A stretch of 64,000 nt of DNA from Patescibacteria group bacterium (GTDB taxonomy: Bacteria; Patescibacteriota; Microgenomatia; JAMCZE01): NCBI GenBank assembly GCA_023380635.1, contig JAMCRP010000001.1:109305-173304 (forward strand), given 5' to 3'. Position 1 is the first letter of the stretch. Each line of letters opens with the position of its first letter. Position numbers and translations under genes: made by a program. Below the pieces are notes generated by a model. That model was not told the origin of the DNA, searched no databases, and worked only from the letters and a program-made list of their open reading frames with translations. Below, one piece after another: positions 49,682 through 59,216 of this stretch.

Positions 49682-50747
49682 AGGTGAATACGCAAATATT
49701 TCTTTTTACAGCAGCCTGAGGCCGACTGTATTCGAACGGACCTTTAGAGAGAATATAGCCGATAGCCGCAAGTTTGTCAACCACATTTTTCACAAGGGTT
49801 TTATCTTCTCCAAAGGCAGGCAGCACCATCACGACGGTTCCGTTTGGTTTCAGCACTTTTTTCCAATCCTGTAGTGCATCCAAGTATAACTTTTCAAGCT
49901 TCTCCATAACGCCTGGTGTTTGATACTTAGTATTCCCCGTATTCGGCCCTAGATCAGGTTCAGTAACAATAGCGTTAACACTTCCCACCGGAACTTTTTT
50001 GCTAATCTCCCGCGCGTCAGCCTGCAGCAATTTAAAATTTAAAATTTTAAATTTAAAATTCCTCTGAAGCCACTCAACATTTTCCCGGGTACGCTGTACT
50101 TGAGCAGAACTAATATCGCTTGCTATGACTTCATGTCCCAAAACCAGCGCCTCAGAGGCGATTGTTCCCACCCCGCAAAAAGGATCTAAAATAGTCGCTG
50201 GATACTGGAGACTGGATACTGGTATGGCCAGATTAACCATTTGTCTCGCCACTTTTGGCGGCAGCATGCCAATATGCGCTTCCACCTCCGGCCGGCCGTA
50301 ATCCCGCTTATTCCAGTCTTCAAAATCCTGGACCCAAACTGTTCTGGCTGTGTAATCGTTGGTCACTAAAAATTCTACTAACCTTTGTTTTTTAACCACC
50401 ACGCTGGATAATTCCGTTCCTTCTTTTGGCAGGACAAACCTGGTTTTTATTCCCATATCCCCCAAATCTCTCTTAATCTCTCTCATATCCGGAAGCTTGA
50501 CACCGTAAGCACTCACCCCAAAGTCAATCGAAGCTTTGCCCATACTTTTCAGGTAGCCGGTTATCGAACTTTCTATTATTTCCCCAGCTTTTACCGTTCC
50601 GCCTAATTTCTCGTACGGAATAGGCTGCTCGGTCTCAATCACCAACACTGGGGGTTGGAAGAGGAGTTCTTTACTTTGAAGAAGGCTTTGCAGCTCGGCC
50701 CTTGCGAGCTGCGGGCTGTTTCCCAGAATCAGTAGATACTTTTTCAT
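49668..50747 (-). CDS. Trm11/UPF0020-like SAM methyltransferase
   Basis: GMLPPKVARQMVNL, LDPFCGVGT, VTEP. Confidence 0.8.
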   Translation of the reverse strand: MKKYLLILGNSPQLARAELQSLLQSKELLFQPPVLVIETEQPIPYEKLGGTVKAGEIIESSITGYLKSMGKASIDFGVSAYGVKLPDMREIKRDLGDMGIKTRFVLPKEGTELSSVVVKKQRLVEFLVTNDYTARTVWVQDFEDWNKRDYGRPEVEAHIGMLPPKVARQMVNLAIPVSSLQYPATILDPFCGVGTIASEALVLGHEVIASDISSAQVQRTRENVEWLQRNFKFKILNFKLLQADAREISKKVPVGSVNAIVTEPDLGPNTGNTKYQTPGVMEKLEKLYLDALQDWKKVLKPNGTVVMVLPAFGEDKTLVKNVVDKLAAIGYILSKGPFEYSRPQAAVKRNICVFTYVTR

Positions 50748-51057
50748 CCCCAATAGACAGAACTTTAAGAGCGGTAATTAGCGGTCTAAAACCCATAACT
50801 TTTCGGTAGCGCACTTTCGACTTGAATTTGGCGACGCGGATCTTCTCGCCTTTACCATTGCTGACAACTTCAGCAGTCACGCTCGCCTTTTCCACCAGGG
50901 GAGTGCCAATAGATATTTTGCTGTTAACAGCCTGGAGGAGCACCTCTTTAATTTCGACTTTCTCTCCCGTCTTGCCTAAATTTCCGTTAATTTCAAACAC
51001 GGAACCTTCGGACACGAGGTGTTGTTTTCCGCCAAATTTAACCACGGCAAAATTCAT
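50671..51057 (-). CDS. rplU: 50S ribosomal protein L21
   Basis: FAVVKFGGKQHLV, IGTP, KFKSKVRYR..GFR. Confidence 0.93.
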   Translation of the reverse strand: MNFAVVKFGGKQHLVSEGSVFEINGNLGKTGEKVEIKEVLLQAVNSKISIGTPLVEKASVTAEVVSNGKGEKIRVAKFKSKVRYRKVMGFRPLITALKVLSIGDEKVSTDSGKQPAARKGRAAKPSSK

Positions 51058-51072
51058 AGTAGTCAGATTGTA

Positions 51073-52128
51073 CTAAAAAGACCGCTCTTGCGCAATATTT
51101 TCCACAATTCCCAGGGCAATGAAGGTTGCCAGAACCGAAGAACCGCCATAGGAGACAAGCGGCAAAGTGATTCCGGTAACCGGCATAATGCCCATATTCA
51201 TGCCAATATTAATAAAAATTTGGCCCAAAAGCATCATTGCCAAACCGGAGGAAAGGACCCGACCGAGCTTATCAGGCGCCGCCTGGCTGATCTTAAAAAT
51301 CCTCCAGATCAGAACAAAATAAACCAAAAGCAGCACTCCGGCCCCGATAAAGCCCAGTTCTTCAGCCAGGGAAGCAAAAACAAAATCCGTGTGGTGCTCC
51401 GGCAAAAAAAGCAGTTGCGATTGAGTTCCCCGACCCAATCCCAAACCAAATAGTTGGCCCGAGCCCACAGCGATAGTCGCCTGAATGGCATTATAACTGG
51501 CTCCGAGCGGATCTGAAGCTGGGTTCACAAAGCTTATGATTCGGTTTTTTTGGTAATCTGCCAAAAAATGCCAGAACAAAGGTAAAAATATTATTCCTCC
51601 AACTCCGGCGGCTACCAGATAGAAGATATTTATTCCCGAAAGAAAGATCATCGTCCCAAACCCAGCCAGATAAACCAGGGCACTGCCCAAATCCGGCTGC
51701 TTGAAAATTAGAAGCATGGGCACTACCCCCAGAAGCGCCGCCGTCAGGTATTTTTTAAAATTTGTCCTTCCTTCAGTAAGAAAAACTGCCAGACTGGACA
51801 ATAAAAACGGCTTTAAGACCTCCGAAAATTGCAGCCGGAAACCAAGGATGGAAATCCATCTCATCGCCCCTCGGCTTTCCAGCCCTAAAATTAAAGTTAC
51901 AAGGAGTAATCCAAGAGAAACCGCGTAAATTTGTTTCCAGATACTGCCAAATACCCGGTAATCGATTTTGGAAAAGATATAAAACAGAACAAAACCAATC
52001 AGATAGTAAAATACCTGCGAAGCCGCAAGCGATGAGGCAACGCTGCCAATAATTGCCACCCCAAAGCCGCAAAGAACGAGAATACAAACAACAATACTGA
52101 AGTCAAACCCTTTCGATGCGAAGTTCAT
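51073..52128 (-). CDS. rodA: SEDS peptidoglycan polymerase RodA
   Basis: QPDLG, YQKNRI, FLPEHHTDF, GITLPLVSYGGSS. Confidence 0.88.
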   Translation of the reverse strand: MNFASKGFDFSIVVCILVLCGFGVAIIGSVASSLAASQVFYYLIGFVLFYIFSKIDYRVFGSIWKQIYAVSLGLLLVTLILGLESRGAMRWISILGFRLQFSEVLKPFLLSSLAVFLTEGRTNFKKYLTAALLGVVPMLLIFKQPDLGSALVYLAGFGTMIFLSGINIFYLVAAGVGGIIFLPLFWHFLADYQKNRIISFVNPASDPLGASYNAIQATIAVGSGQLFGLGLGRGTQSQLLFLPEHHTDFVFASLAEELGFIGAGVLLLVYFVLIWRIFKISQAAPDKLGRVLSSGLAMMLLGQIFINIGMNMGIMPVTGITLPLVSYGGSSVLATFIALGIVENIAQERSF

Positions 52129-54949
52129 TCCCTTTAACAAGTTTTGTAGCTAAAGTTTCCCGGGAAATGTAGTCAGTATACTCCTTCGGCCAATCGGGAA
52201 GATAGACGACAACTTTTTCGTCCAGGCTGGTTCCGGCCGCTTTTCTGGCCTCCTGAATTTCCCGCACCAAGTCCCGCGCTGTCCCTGCCGCTTCCAGCTC
52301 CGGGGTCAGTTTTGTATCCAATTCTACATTTAGTTCTCCTTTACCCAATGTTTGTACTACGTTTTTAACGTTAGTTTCTTCTTTCAATAATTCTACTAAT
52401 TCTTCATTCAATTCAAATTTCAAATTTCGAATTTCAAATTTGGCGAGTGGTTGTCGAAGTCTGATATTCGCCGCTTTCCGTTGCGCGTGGGTTAATTCGG
52501 CTATTTTTCGTACTGTCGCCATCTCTTCCAGGAGTTTTTTATCAACTTTCCCCGCTTTTGGCCAGTTTTCTAGATGAACACTTTTATTACTCGTCAGGTT
52601 GTGATATATCTCTTCCGTGACAAAAGGCATAAATGGAGCCAGAAGTTTACTCAAAGTCACTAACACTTCGTAAGTAGTGCCATAAAATTCGTCATCTCTG
52701 CGGTCCCGGCTCCGACGCAGATACCAGGTAGAAAGGTCATTAACGAAGTCTTCGGTGGCCTTAGCCGGCGTCATCGCGTCATATTTATCCAACCCCATGG
52801 TATTTAGCTCGATAGTTTCGTTCAGTCGGGCTAAAATCCACCGGTCCAAAACATTTTTACTCACCGTTTTCTTCGGCTGCCAATTATCCAACCGGGCATA
52901 GGTGATAAAAAAAGCGTAGACATTCCATAGCATCAGGTAAAATTTTCTTTTTACTTCTGTGGCCACATTAGCGTCAAAATAAATATTGTTAGCCGGATTT
53001 CCCGATTCACAAAACCACCGAATAATATCCGCACCAAATTTGTCAGCTCCCTCAACAAATTCTATGGCGTTACCTAAACTCTTATGGAATGGCCTGCCTT
53101 GAGTATCCAGCATTGTCCCGAAGCCTAAAACTGTTTTCATTGGGTTTGTTTTTTCCAGGACGGTACTCATGGTAATTAGCGAATAAAACCAATTCTTAAA
53201 CTGGCCGGGGAAAGATTCAGTAATGAAATCTGCCGGAAACCATTCTTCCCAGTACTTCCGGTTATGCAGATAATCTAAGGTCGAGAACGAAACGATTCCC
53301 GCGTCTAGCCAGGGGTTTCCGACATCCGGTATTCGGGATACCGTTTCCCCGCACTTGGAACATTTGATTTTTACTTCATCAACCCAGGGTTTATGAGGCG
53401 AATGGTCTTCAAACTTTTCCCAACCTTCGACCGCTCTTTGGTGCAATTCCTCCTTACTGCCGACCACCTCAAAGTGGCCACACTTTTTACATTCGTATAT
53501 CGGCAAAGCTAAGCCCCAATAGCGGTTTGGTTTGGAAATCAACCAATCATGCATATTTTTAAGCCAATCCAGCTCCCGGTCCAAACCGAATGCCGGCAAC
53601 CAGGTGATTTTTTGAGCCACCGCCATCAGCTGTTCGCGTAGAGTTCTCTTTTTCTTATCCGTCGGGTCGGCCTCGTCCATGGCGATGTACCATTCGTCAG
53701 CGACTTTCCAAACCAGCTCCGTTTTACAGCGCCAGCAGGCCGGATAGCGGTGAGTGTAATCCTCAATTTGCCAGGCAAAACCCCGCTCGGTCATCAAATC
53801 CAAAACTATTTCCGGGTGTTTCTTGGCGTTCCGGCCAGCCAGATATTCCAGCGTCGGCAGATAGTCCGCGTTATCCGCAATCACCGGGATCATAGGCAAT
53901 CCCAGTTTTTTGCCCAGTCTGAAATCTTCTTCTCCGGCCGAGACCGCCGTATGCACCATTCCCGTTCCCTCTGTCGTCGTGATAGGCATTAGCAGCGGAT
54001 CAGTGGCAACAACCGTGTGGAACTTTGGATTTTCGGCCGCTTTCTTAACCACTTCGAGATTATCGAAAGCTCCGCGGTACTTCAGTCCCGTCAGGTCTTT
54101 ACCTTTTGCCTCCCTTGTCACCCTCGCCTCCCCCATCAGTCTGTCTTTGGACTGTTTGACAAGCCAATACTTATCCCCTTTCTCGTCTTCCGCCAGGACA
54201 TAATCAAAATTTTCGTCGACGGCAACGGCAATGTTGGCCGGAATAGTCCAGGGAGTCGTTGTCCAAACCAGAAGATACTCTTTATCCCGATCCACGATTG
54301 GAAAACGCATGTAAATTGATTTGTGAGTCAGTTCTTTGTAGTCTTCAGTCAGCATCTCGTGTTGGGAAATCGCCGTTTCGCAGCGCGGACACCAGGGCAC
54401 TGATTCGTGGCCTTTATAAATCCAGCCGCGTTCAAAACAGACTTTCAAAAAATTCCAGATCGTATAGTTGTTTTCTTCAGACATAGTAAAGTACGAGTTT
54501 TCCCAGTCCATAAAATAGCCGAGGCGTTTGCTTTGCTCTGTTTGGATCGAAGAGTACTTAAGGACTCTTTCTTTGCAGCGATTAACGAATTCCGCCACAC
54601 CGTAGAGCTCGATATCCTTCTTGGTCTTAAAACCCAGCTCCTTTTCCACTTCCACTTCTACCCACAAGCCCTGGCAGTCAAAACCATTCTGGAACCGTTG
54701 CTTTTCGCCTTTCATGTTATGGTAGCGCTGGAAGAGATCTTTGTAGGTCCGACCCCAGGCATGATGCACTCCCATCGGATTGTTAGCGGTTATTGGGCCA
54801 TCAAGAAAGGAGAATTTCTTTTTTGATTTGTCATTTTTATGCAGATATTTTTCCACCAAACCGGATTCGTACCACGCCCGCAATAAGTCGCGTTCCATGG
54901 CCGGAAAATCCATCTGTGCCGGAACCGGTTGAAATTGCTGTTTCTTCAT
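52103..54949 (-). CDS. ileS: Isoleucine--tRNA ligase (type 2)
   Basis: DGPITAN, WTTTPWT, GTGMVH, YPACWRC, WYLRRSR; HIGH site = GVHH, KMSKS site = PFHKS; upstream T-box with AUC specifier. Confidence 0.95.
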   Translation of the reverse strand: MKKQQFQPVPAQMDFPAMERDLLRAWYESGLVEKYLHKNDKSKKKFSFLDGPITANNPMGVHHAWGRTYKDLFQRYHNMKGEKQRFQNGFDCQGLWVEVEVEKELGFKTKKDIELYGVAEFVNRCKERVLKYSSIQTEQSKRLGYFMDWENSYFTMSEENNYTIWNFLKVCFERGWIYKGHESVPWCPRCETAISQHEMLTEDYKELTHKSIYMRFPIVDRDKEYLLVWTTTPWTIPANIAVAVDENFDYVLAEDEKGDKYWLVKQSKDRLMGEARVTREAKGKDLTGLKYRGAFDNLEVVKKAAENPKFHTVVATDPLLMPITTTEGTGMVHTAVSAGEEDFRLGKKLGLPMIPVIADNADYLPTLEYLAGRNAKKHPEIVLDLMTERGFAWQIEDYTHRYPACWRCKTELVWKVADEWYIAMDEADPTDKKKRTLREQLMAVAQKITWLPAFGLDRELDWLKNMHDWLISKPNRYWGLALPIYECKKCGHFEVVGSKEELHQRAVEGWEKFEDHSPHKPWVDEVKIKCSKCGETVSRIPDVGNPWLDAGIVSFSTLDYLHNRKYWEEWFPADFITESFPGQFKNWFYSLITMSTVLEKTNPMKTVLGFGTMLDTQGRPFHKSLGNAIEFVEGADKFGADIIRWFCESGNPANNIYFDANVATEVKRKFYLMLWNVYAFFITYARLDNWQPKKTVSKNVLDRWILARLNETIELNTMGLDKYDAMTPAKATEDFVNDLSTWYLRRSRDRRDDEFYGTTYEVLVTLSKLLAPFMPFVTEEIYHNLTSNKSVHLENWPKAGKVDKKLLEEMATVRKIAELTHAQRKAANIRLRQPLAKFEIRNLKFELNEELVELLKEETNVKNVVQTLGKGELNVELDTKLTPELEAAGTARDLVREIQEARKAAGTSLDEKVVVYLPDWPKEYTDYISRETLATKLVKGNELRIERV
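52412..52439. repeat. Heptamer array TTC(A/G)AAT x4 inside ileS
   Basis: Encodes FEIRNLKFE. Confidence 0.9.
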
Positions 54950-54958
54950 TTTTAGTAC

Positions 54959-55130
54959 AAAAAAACCGTCCATCTACATTATATATTAGGACGGTTCGAT
55001 ATTAAGCCGCATGCGCTGAGCCTGTCGAAGCGTGGTACCACCTAACTTACTTCTCATTTTGTGAGGGTCTAATCACGCGCTTTCGGCGTGCTTTCTTCCC
55101 CGGCTCCGCAGTGATATCTGCATCTTTGCC
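54959..55130 (-). ncRNA. T-box riboswitch (Ile) with ultrashort stem I and intrinsic terminator
   Basis: Stem I GGC-AAAGAT-GCAG-ATATCA-CTGC-GGA-GCC; stem II with GAAGAA/TTAGA bulges; antiterminator TTAGG-TGGTACC-ACG...CGT-CCTAA; terminator AACCGTCC/GGACGGTT plus T run; TGcTAAAAT promoter 6 nt upstream. Confidence 0.88.
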
Positions 55131-55375
55131 TCTTTTATTTTAGCACTTTGTATTTTATTCTGCAGCCTTCGTTCCTGAAAAGCCCCAGGGCATTCTTTAT
55201 CCTTCGGCCCGACACAACTCACATCCTGCTGTCGAATATCTTTTGTACAAATCGGAATTCGTCTAGTACAGACAAACCTTCCCTGACACTTAAGTTCACC
55301 TTGTTGTACCAAAACAACTACTGTGCTCGTAAGAGGTCGGCGGTAGAAACACTTAGGTCGGTATTTCTCAACCAT
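55073..55375 (-). CDS. Possible Cys-rich hypothetical protein
   Basis: 100-aa ORF; its 3' end overlaps the T-box promoter and stems I/II, so doubtful. Confidence 0.3.
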   Translation of the reverse strand: MVEKYRPKCFYRRPLTSTVVVLVQQGELKCQGRFVCTRRIPICTKDIRQQDVSCVGPKDKECPGAFQERRLQNKIQSAKIKEAKMQISLRSRGRKHAESA

Positions 55376-55399
55376 TAATATTCAGCATGTTTTCCTTAC

Positions 55400-55756
55400 C
55401 TATCGTTCATTGAGCTTAACGACAATAGGCCGTATCAGTTGAATTCCTAAACTGGCCAGCTTTTGGCCAATACCGGCCAAAAAACCCATCAAAACGATAT
55501 GAGCGAACAGATTGGCGCTGTCGTTAATAAGCGACGCCGGAATAATTTCCGTTGACGGGCTACTTATCCCCCGAGTCAATTGCGCCGGCAAACTCCCGGT
55601 CAGGCTTTGACCTAAATTAAGAAAAATTCCCTGCGTTTGAAACAGCTGCACCGGCTTGGCGGCCCCAGTAAAAACCTGGAAGACGCTTAGAGCAGCAACT
55701 ATTATAAATATTATTCCAATGGCTAAAAGAAAATAACCAATAACTTTTTCCGTCAT
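55400..55756 (-). CDS. Two-TM hypothetical membrane protein
   Basis: Two hydrophobic segments; TGgTATATT-5-ATG. Confidence 0.75.
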   Translation of the reverse strand: MTEKVIGYFLLAIGIIFIIVAALSVFQVFTGAAKPVQLFQTQGIFLNLGQSLTGSLPAQLTRGISSPSTEIIPASLINDSANLFAHIVLMGFLAGIGQKLASLGIQLIRPIVVKLNER

Positions 55757-55774
55757 TATTTAATATACCATTTC

Positions 55775-56935
55775 TTACTTCCCTTTTCTCATAAAAGCGG
55801 GGACATCAAAGTCGTCGCCAAACTCATCAAAAGAGGGCGTCGGGGCCGGAGTTTCCGGTTTTTGTTCTTCCGGCTCATCGGGCTGTGGCTTGGTAACTGT
55901 GGCTTTATTGTTATCAGCCTGCGCTGCAACCACTCCGGGTGCGAAATTGCGGTCATAACGCAGTTCCCGCAGCCTCTGACGGTTTTCGTCAAAGCCGGTA
56001 GCAATGACGGTTATCTTTATTTGATCAACCAGGGATTCATCGATAGTGGCTCCGAAAATAATGCGCGCGTCGGGGTCAGCAGCCGAAGCAATAATTTTAG
56101 CCGCATCATCAACTTCCGTCATGGTCATATCCGGACCGCCGATGACATTAAACAAGACTCCACGGGCTCCATCGATAGTTAGTTCCAGAAGCGGGGAAGC
56201 AATTGCCTGCCGAGCGGCCATGCCCGCCCGGTTTTCACCGGAGCCCACACCAATTCCCATTAAGGCTGAACCGGCATTGGACATAATGCTTTTAACATCG
56301 GCAAAATCCCGGTTTATTAGTCCCGGCATGACAATTAGATCGGAAATGCCCTGTACAGAAGCAGAAAGGACAGAGTCCGCCATGCGAAATGCTTCTAAAA
56401 GAGTAACTTTTTTATCCACTGTTTCCAGAATTCTCTGATTGGGAATGACAATCAGGGCGTCAACTTTGTCTTTCAGACCAGCAATTCCGTCTTCCGCTAC
56501 CACCGTCCGGGCCGTTCCTTCAAAGCTAAACGGCTTGGTGACAACTCCCACGGTTAAGACTCCCGCCTTTTTGGCAATATCGGCAATCACGCTTGACGCT
56601 CCGGTTCCCGTTCCTCCGCCCATTCCAGCGGCAATAAAAATCATATCCGCGTCAATGATCTTTTCCTCAATCTTTTTTGCCGATTCCTCAGCTGCCTGCC
56701 GACCTTTCTCCGGATCCCCACCGGAACCCAAGCCGCGGGTCAAATTTTCTCCAATTTGAATCTTTGTCGGAGCCGGATTGGTTAAAAGAACCTGAGCGTC
56801 GGTGTTAATGACCACAAAATCCACGCCCTTGATCGTTCCGGAATTAATCATTGAAGTGACAGCGTTTCCTCCTCCGCCGCCGACGCCGATAACTTTAATT
56901 TTTGCGAAGCGTGTTAAATCTGGTTTAATTAGCAT
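55775..56935 (-). CDS. ftsZ: Cell division protein FtsZ
   Basis: GVGGGGGNA, GGGTGTG, C-terminal DVPAFMR. Confidence 0.98.
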   Translation of the reverse strand: MLIKPDLTRFAKIKVIGVGGGGGNAVTSMINSGTIKGVDFVVINTDAQVLLTNPAPTKIQIGENLTRGLGSGGDPEKGRQAAEESAKKIEEKIIDADMIFIAAGMGGGTGTGASSVIADIAKKAGVLTVGVVTKPFSFEGTARTVVAEDGIAGLKDKVDALIVIPNQRILETVDKKVTLLEAFRMADSVLSASVQGISDLIVMPGLINRDFADVKSIMSNAGSALMGIGVGSGENRAGMAARQAIASPLLELTIDGARGVLFNVIGGPDMTMTEVDDAAKIIASAADPDARIIFGATIDESLVDQIKITVIATGFDENRQRLRELRYDRNFAPGVVAAQADNNKATVTKPQPDEPEEQKPETPAPTPSFDEFGDDFDVPAFMRKGK

Positions 56936-56944
56936 TAATGTTGG

Positions 56945-58282
56945 TTAAGGCAGAAACCCCTTAACGAAATTCCCCAATTTCGGCAGGAAATTCTTCAGGG
57001 GCAGGCTTTGCGCTATCCTACCAAACCCGCCGATATTTGGCAAGGACAGAGAGGGCAGTTTGTGAACACTATTAGTTCCCGTATCTTTTGCGCCGTAAAG
57101 AATCAGTCCGACAGCTGTAGAATACTGCGGGGAAACCAGTTCGTCAATCAGCCCCGTTAAAGCCGTTTCCCCATTACCGCCACCGTCAGCTGGCTTGCCA
57201 AACGGGGCACCTGTCCGACAGGGCATAGCCAGCCGCTGTCGGCAGCATTCCACAATCCCCACCGTTTCCGCACCACCCCCGGTAATTACCACTCCGGAGG
57301 GTGTCATTCCTGCAAAGCCGCTTTTTTGAATTTCCATTCCCACAAAGGTAAAAATCTCCAGCAAACGGGGCTTAATAATCCCATCAATCAGGGTTTTGCG
57401 CGAGATCTTCCTCACATCTTCAGGAAGACTCAGCGATTCCAAGTCCAGTTCGTCAGAAGATTTTGGGGTTTCCACTCCAAGTTTGGGTTTGTCCTTACGC
57501 GACAGGAATAACTTAATTTTCTCGGCGCTTTCCAGACTGACGCGAAGGCCCACGGCGATATCATTGGTCACATTACGCGCTCCCACAGGCAAAACACTGG
57601 AATAAGACAGCGCGCCGTCAACCCAAACAGCTACATCTGTCGTCCCGGCCCCAATGTCTACCAGCACGACTCCCAGTTCTTTTTCCGTGTCAGAAAGAAC
57701 CGCTTCGGAAGAAGCCAGACCGGAAAAAACCAGGCCTTCGATTTCCACGCCCACTTCATTAATACATTTCCCCAAATTACGGATAGCCGTTGTGGCTCCA
57801 GTAACAATTTGCGTGTCCACTTCCAACCGAACCCCAGTCATGCCCATTGGGTCTTTAACGCCACCTTGACCGTCAACCACAAAATCCCGCGGGATCACAT
57901 GAAGAATTTCCCGTGATGAAGGCATGGAAATTGCCTTGGCCGCCTCCACAACCCGCTCCACGTCCAAATTATTTATCTCACCTTCAGGCTGAGCCACGGC
58001 CACAACTCCCTTGCTATTCTGACTGGCAATATGACCTCCTCCTACCGAGACATGAGCCGATCCGATCGAAACTCCGGCCATCCGCTCCGCGGCATCCACA
58101 CTCTCGGAAATCGCGCTCACCGTTTCTTCAATATCCACAATCTGGCCCTTGCGCAGGCCCTTTGAATTAACCGTGGAAACACCAATAACGGAAAGTTTAT
58201 CTTCCTTTATGTTCGAGGCGATAATCGTCGTGATTTTTGAGGAACCGACATCAATTGCAGTAATAATTTTGTCTTTTGCCAT
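56945..58282 (-). CDS. ftsA: Cell division protein FtsA
   Basis: IDVGSSKI, VDIGAGTTD, AEKIK, VITGGG. Confidence 0.96.
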   Translation of the reverse strand: MAKDKIITAIDVGSSKITTIIASNIKEDKLSVIGVSTVNSKGLRKGQIVDIEETVSAISESVDAAERMAGVSIGSAHVSVGGGHIASQNSKGVVAVAQPEGEINNLDVERVVEAAKAISMPSSREILHVIPRDFVVDGQGGVKDPMGMTGVRLEVDTQIVTGATTAIRNLGKCINEVGVEIEGLVFSGLASSEAVLSDTEKELGVVLVDIGAGTTDVAVWVDGALSYSSVLPVGARNVTNDIAVGLRVSLESAEKIKLFLSRKDKPKLGVETPKSSDELDLESLSLPEDVRKISRKTLIDGIIKPRLLEIFTFVGMEIQKSGFAGMTPSGVVITGGGAETVGIVECCRQRLAMPCRTGAPFGKPADGGGNGETALTGLIDELVSPQYSTAVGLILYGAKDTGTNSVHKLPSLSLPNIGGFGRIAQSLPLKNFLPKLGNFVKGFLP

Positions 58283-58285
58283 GAT

Positions 58286-58675
58286 TTAATATCGCAAGAC
58301 TACCTTGTCAAACCTCAGGTCTATTTCTTTTACCTGTTTATCTTCCATTGTAAGCCGTGGTAAAACCAGTTGTAAAGACCGGACCTGAAGAGCCAGGTCC
58401 TTATCCAGAGAAAACAGAGCTAAAACTCCGCTGACCGTTGCCTCCATCGTGCCGTCAACAATAACAGGTGTGCCTGAAACAGTCAAATTGTTTTTCGTTA
58501 AAAGCGAAAGTAAATCGTAAGCGGTGGGCTCCTGGGAAATCGGACTCACGGCCGCCGGCGGATAAAAATAATTCCGAATCCTTTGCCTTTGCCAGAATGC
58601 AACCAACCCCACCAAAACAAGAACCACCACGGCAATTGAAATAATTCTTTTTACCAGAAGGCTATAGTTGCTCAT
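58286..58675 (-). CDS. Minimal FtsQ/DivIB-like protein
   Basis: Single TM, C-terminal IDLRFDKVVLR, position just before ftsA. Confidence 0.6.
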   Translation of the reverse strand: MSNYSLLVKRIISIAVVVLVLVGLVAFWQRQRIRNYFYPPAAVSPISQEPTAYDLLSLLTKNNLTVSGTPVIVDGTMEATVSGVLALFSLDKDLALQVRSLQLVLPRLTMEDKQVKEIDLRFDKVVLRY

Positions 58676-59216
58676 CTAAAAAGCCCTCAAGCTCCTTCTT
58701 CAGTTCTTCAGCATTATTAAAAGTAATTCCTTGCATCCCCACACTTTCCGCCCCGCGGACATTCGATCCAAGATTATCAATAAAAACACACTCCTCAGGT
58801 GCGACTCCAAGTTTTTTGGCTGTCAGCAAGTATATCTCCGGATCCGGTTTTGCTAATCCAACATCAGCAGATATGACTATCGTATCAAACAAGGACATAT
58901 ACGCTTGCGATTTTGCCGCCTGGCCCCAAAAGGAAAAATTATTGCTCAGGCAACCGATTTTGTATTTTGGTTTCAGGCTTTTGATTAATTCAATAATCTG
59001 CGGGTCGGCTTTAGGATACTCAGCCAGGATAACTGCGTCTAGTTCTTTTCCTTTCCCCGGGCCGAAAGTCCGGTCAAGCTCCTCAATTAATTCTTCTTTC
59101 GTTGCCAAGCCCTTAGTAGCCTTGTCCTCGCAAGTGATTTTATGCCCGGCTACAAAAGGAGTGTATAAATCCGGAACAATTACTCCTCCGAAGTCGAAAA
59201 TAACAGCTTTAATCAT
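58662..59216 (-). CDS. HAD family phosphatase
   Basis: IFDFGGV, LSN, AKPDPEIY, FIDN. Confidence 0.9.
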   Translation of the reverse strand: MIKAVIFDFGGVIVPDLYTPFVAGHKITCEDKATKGLATKEELIEELDRTFGPGKGKELDAVILAEYPKADPQIIELIKSLKPKYKIGCLSNNFSFWGQAAKSQAYMSLFDTIVISADVGLAKPDPEIYLLTAKKLGVAPEECVFIDNLGSNVRGAESVGMQGITFNNAEELKKELEGFLDEQL

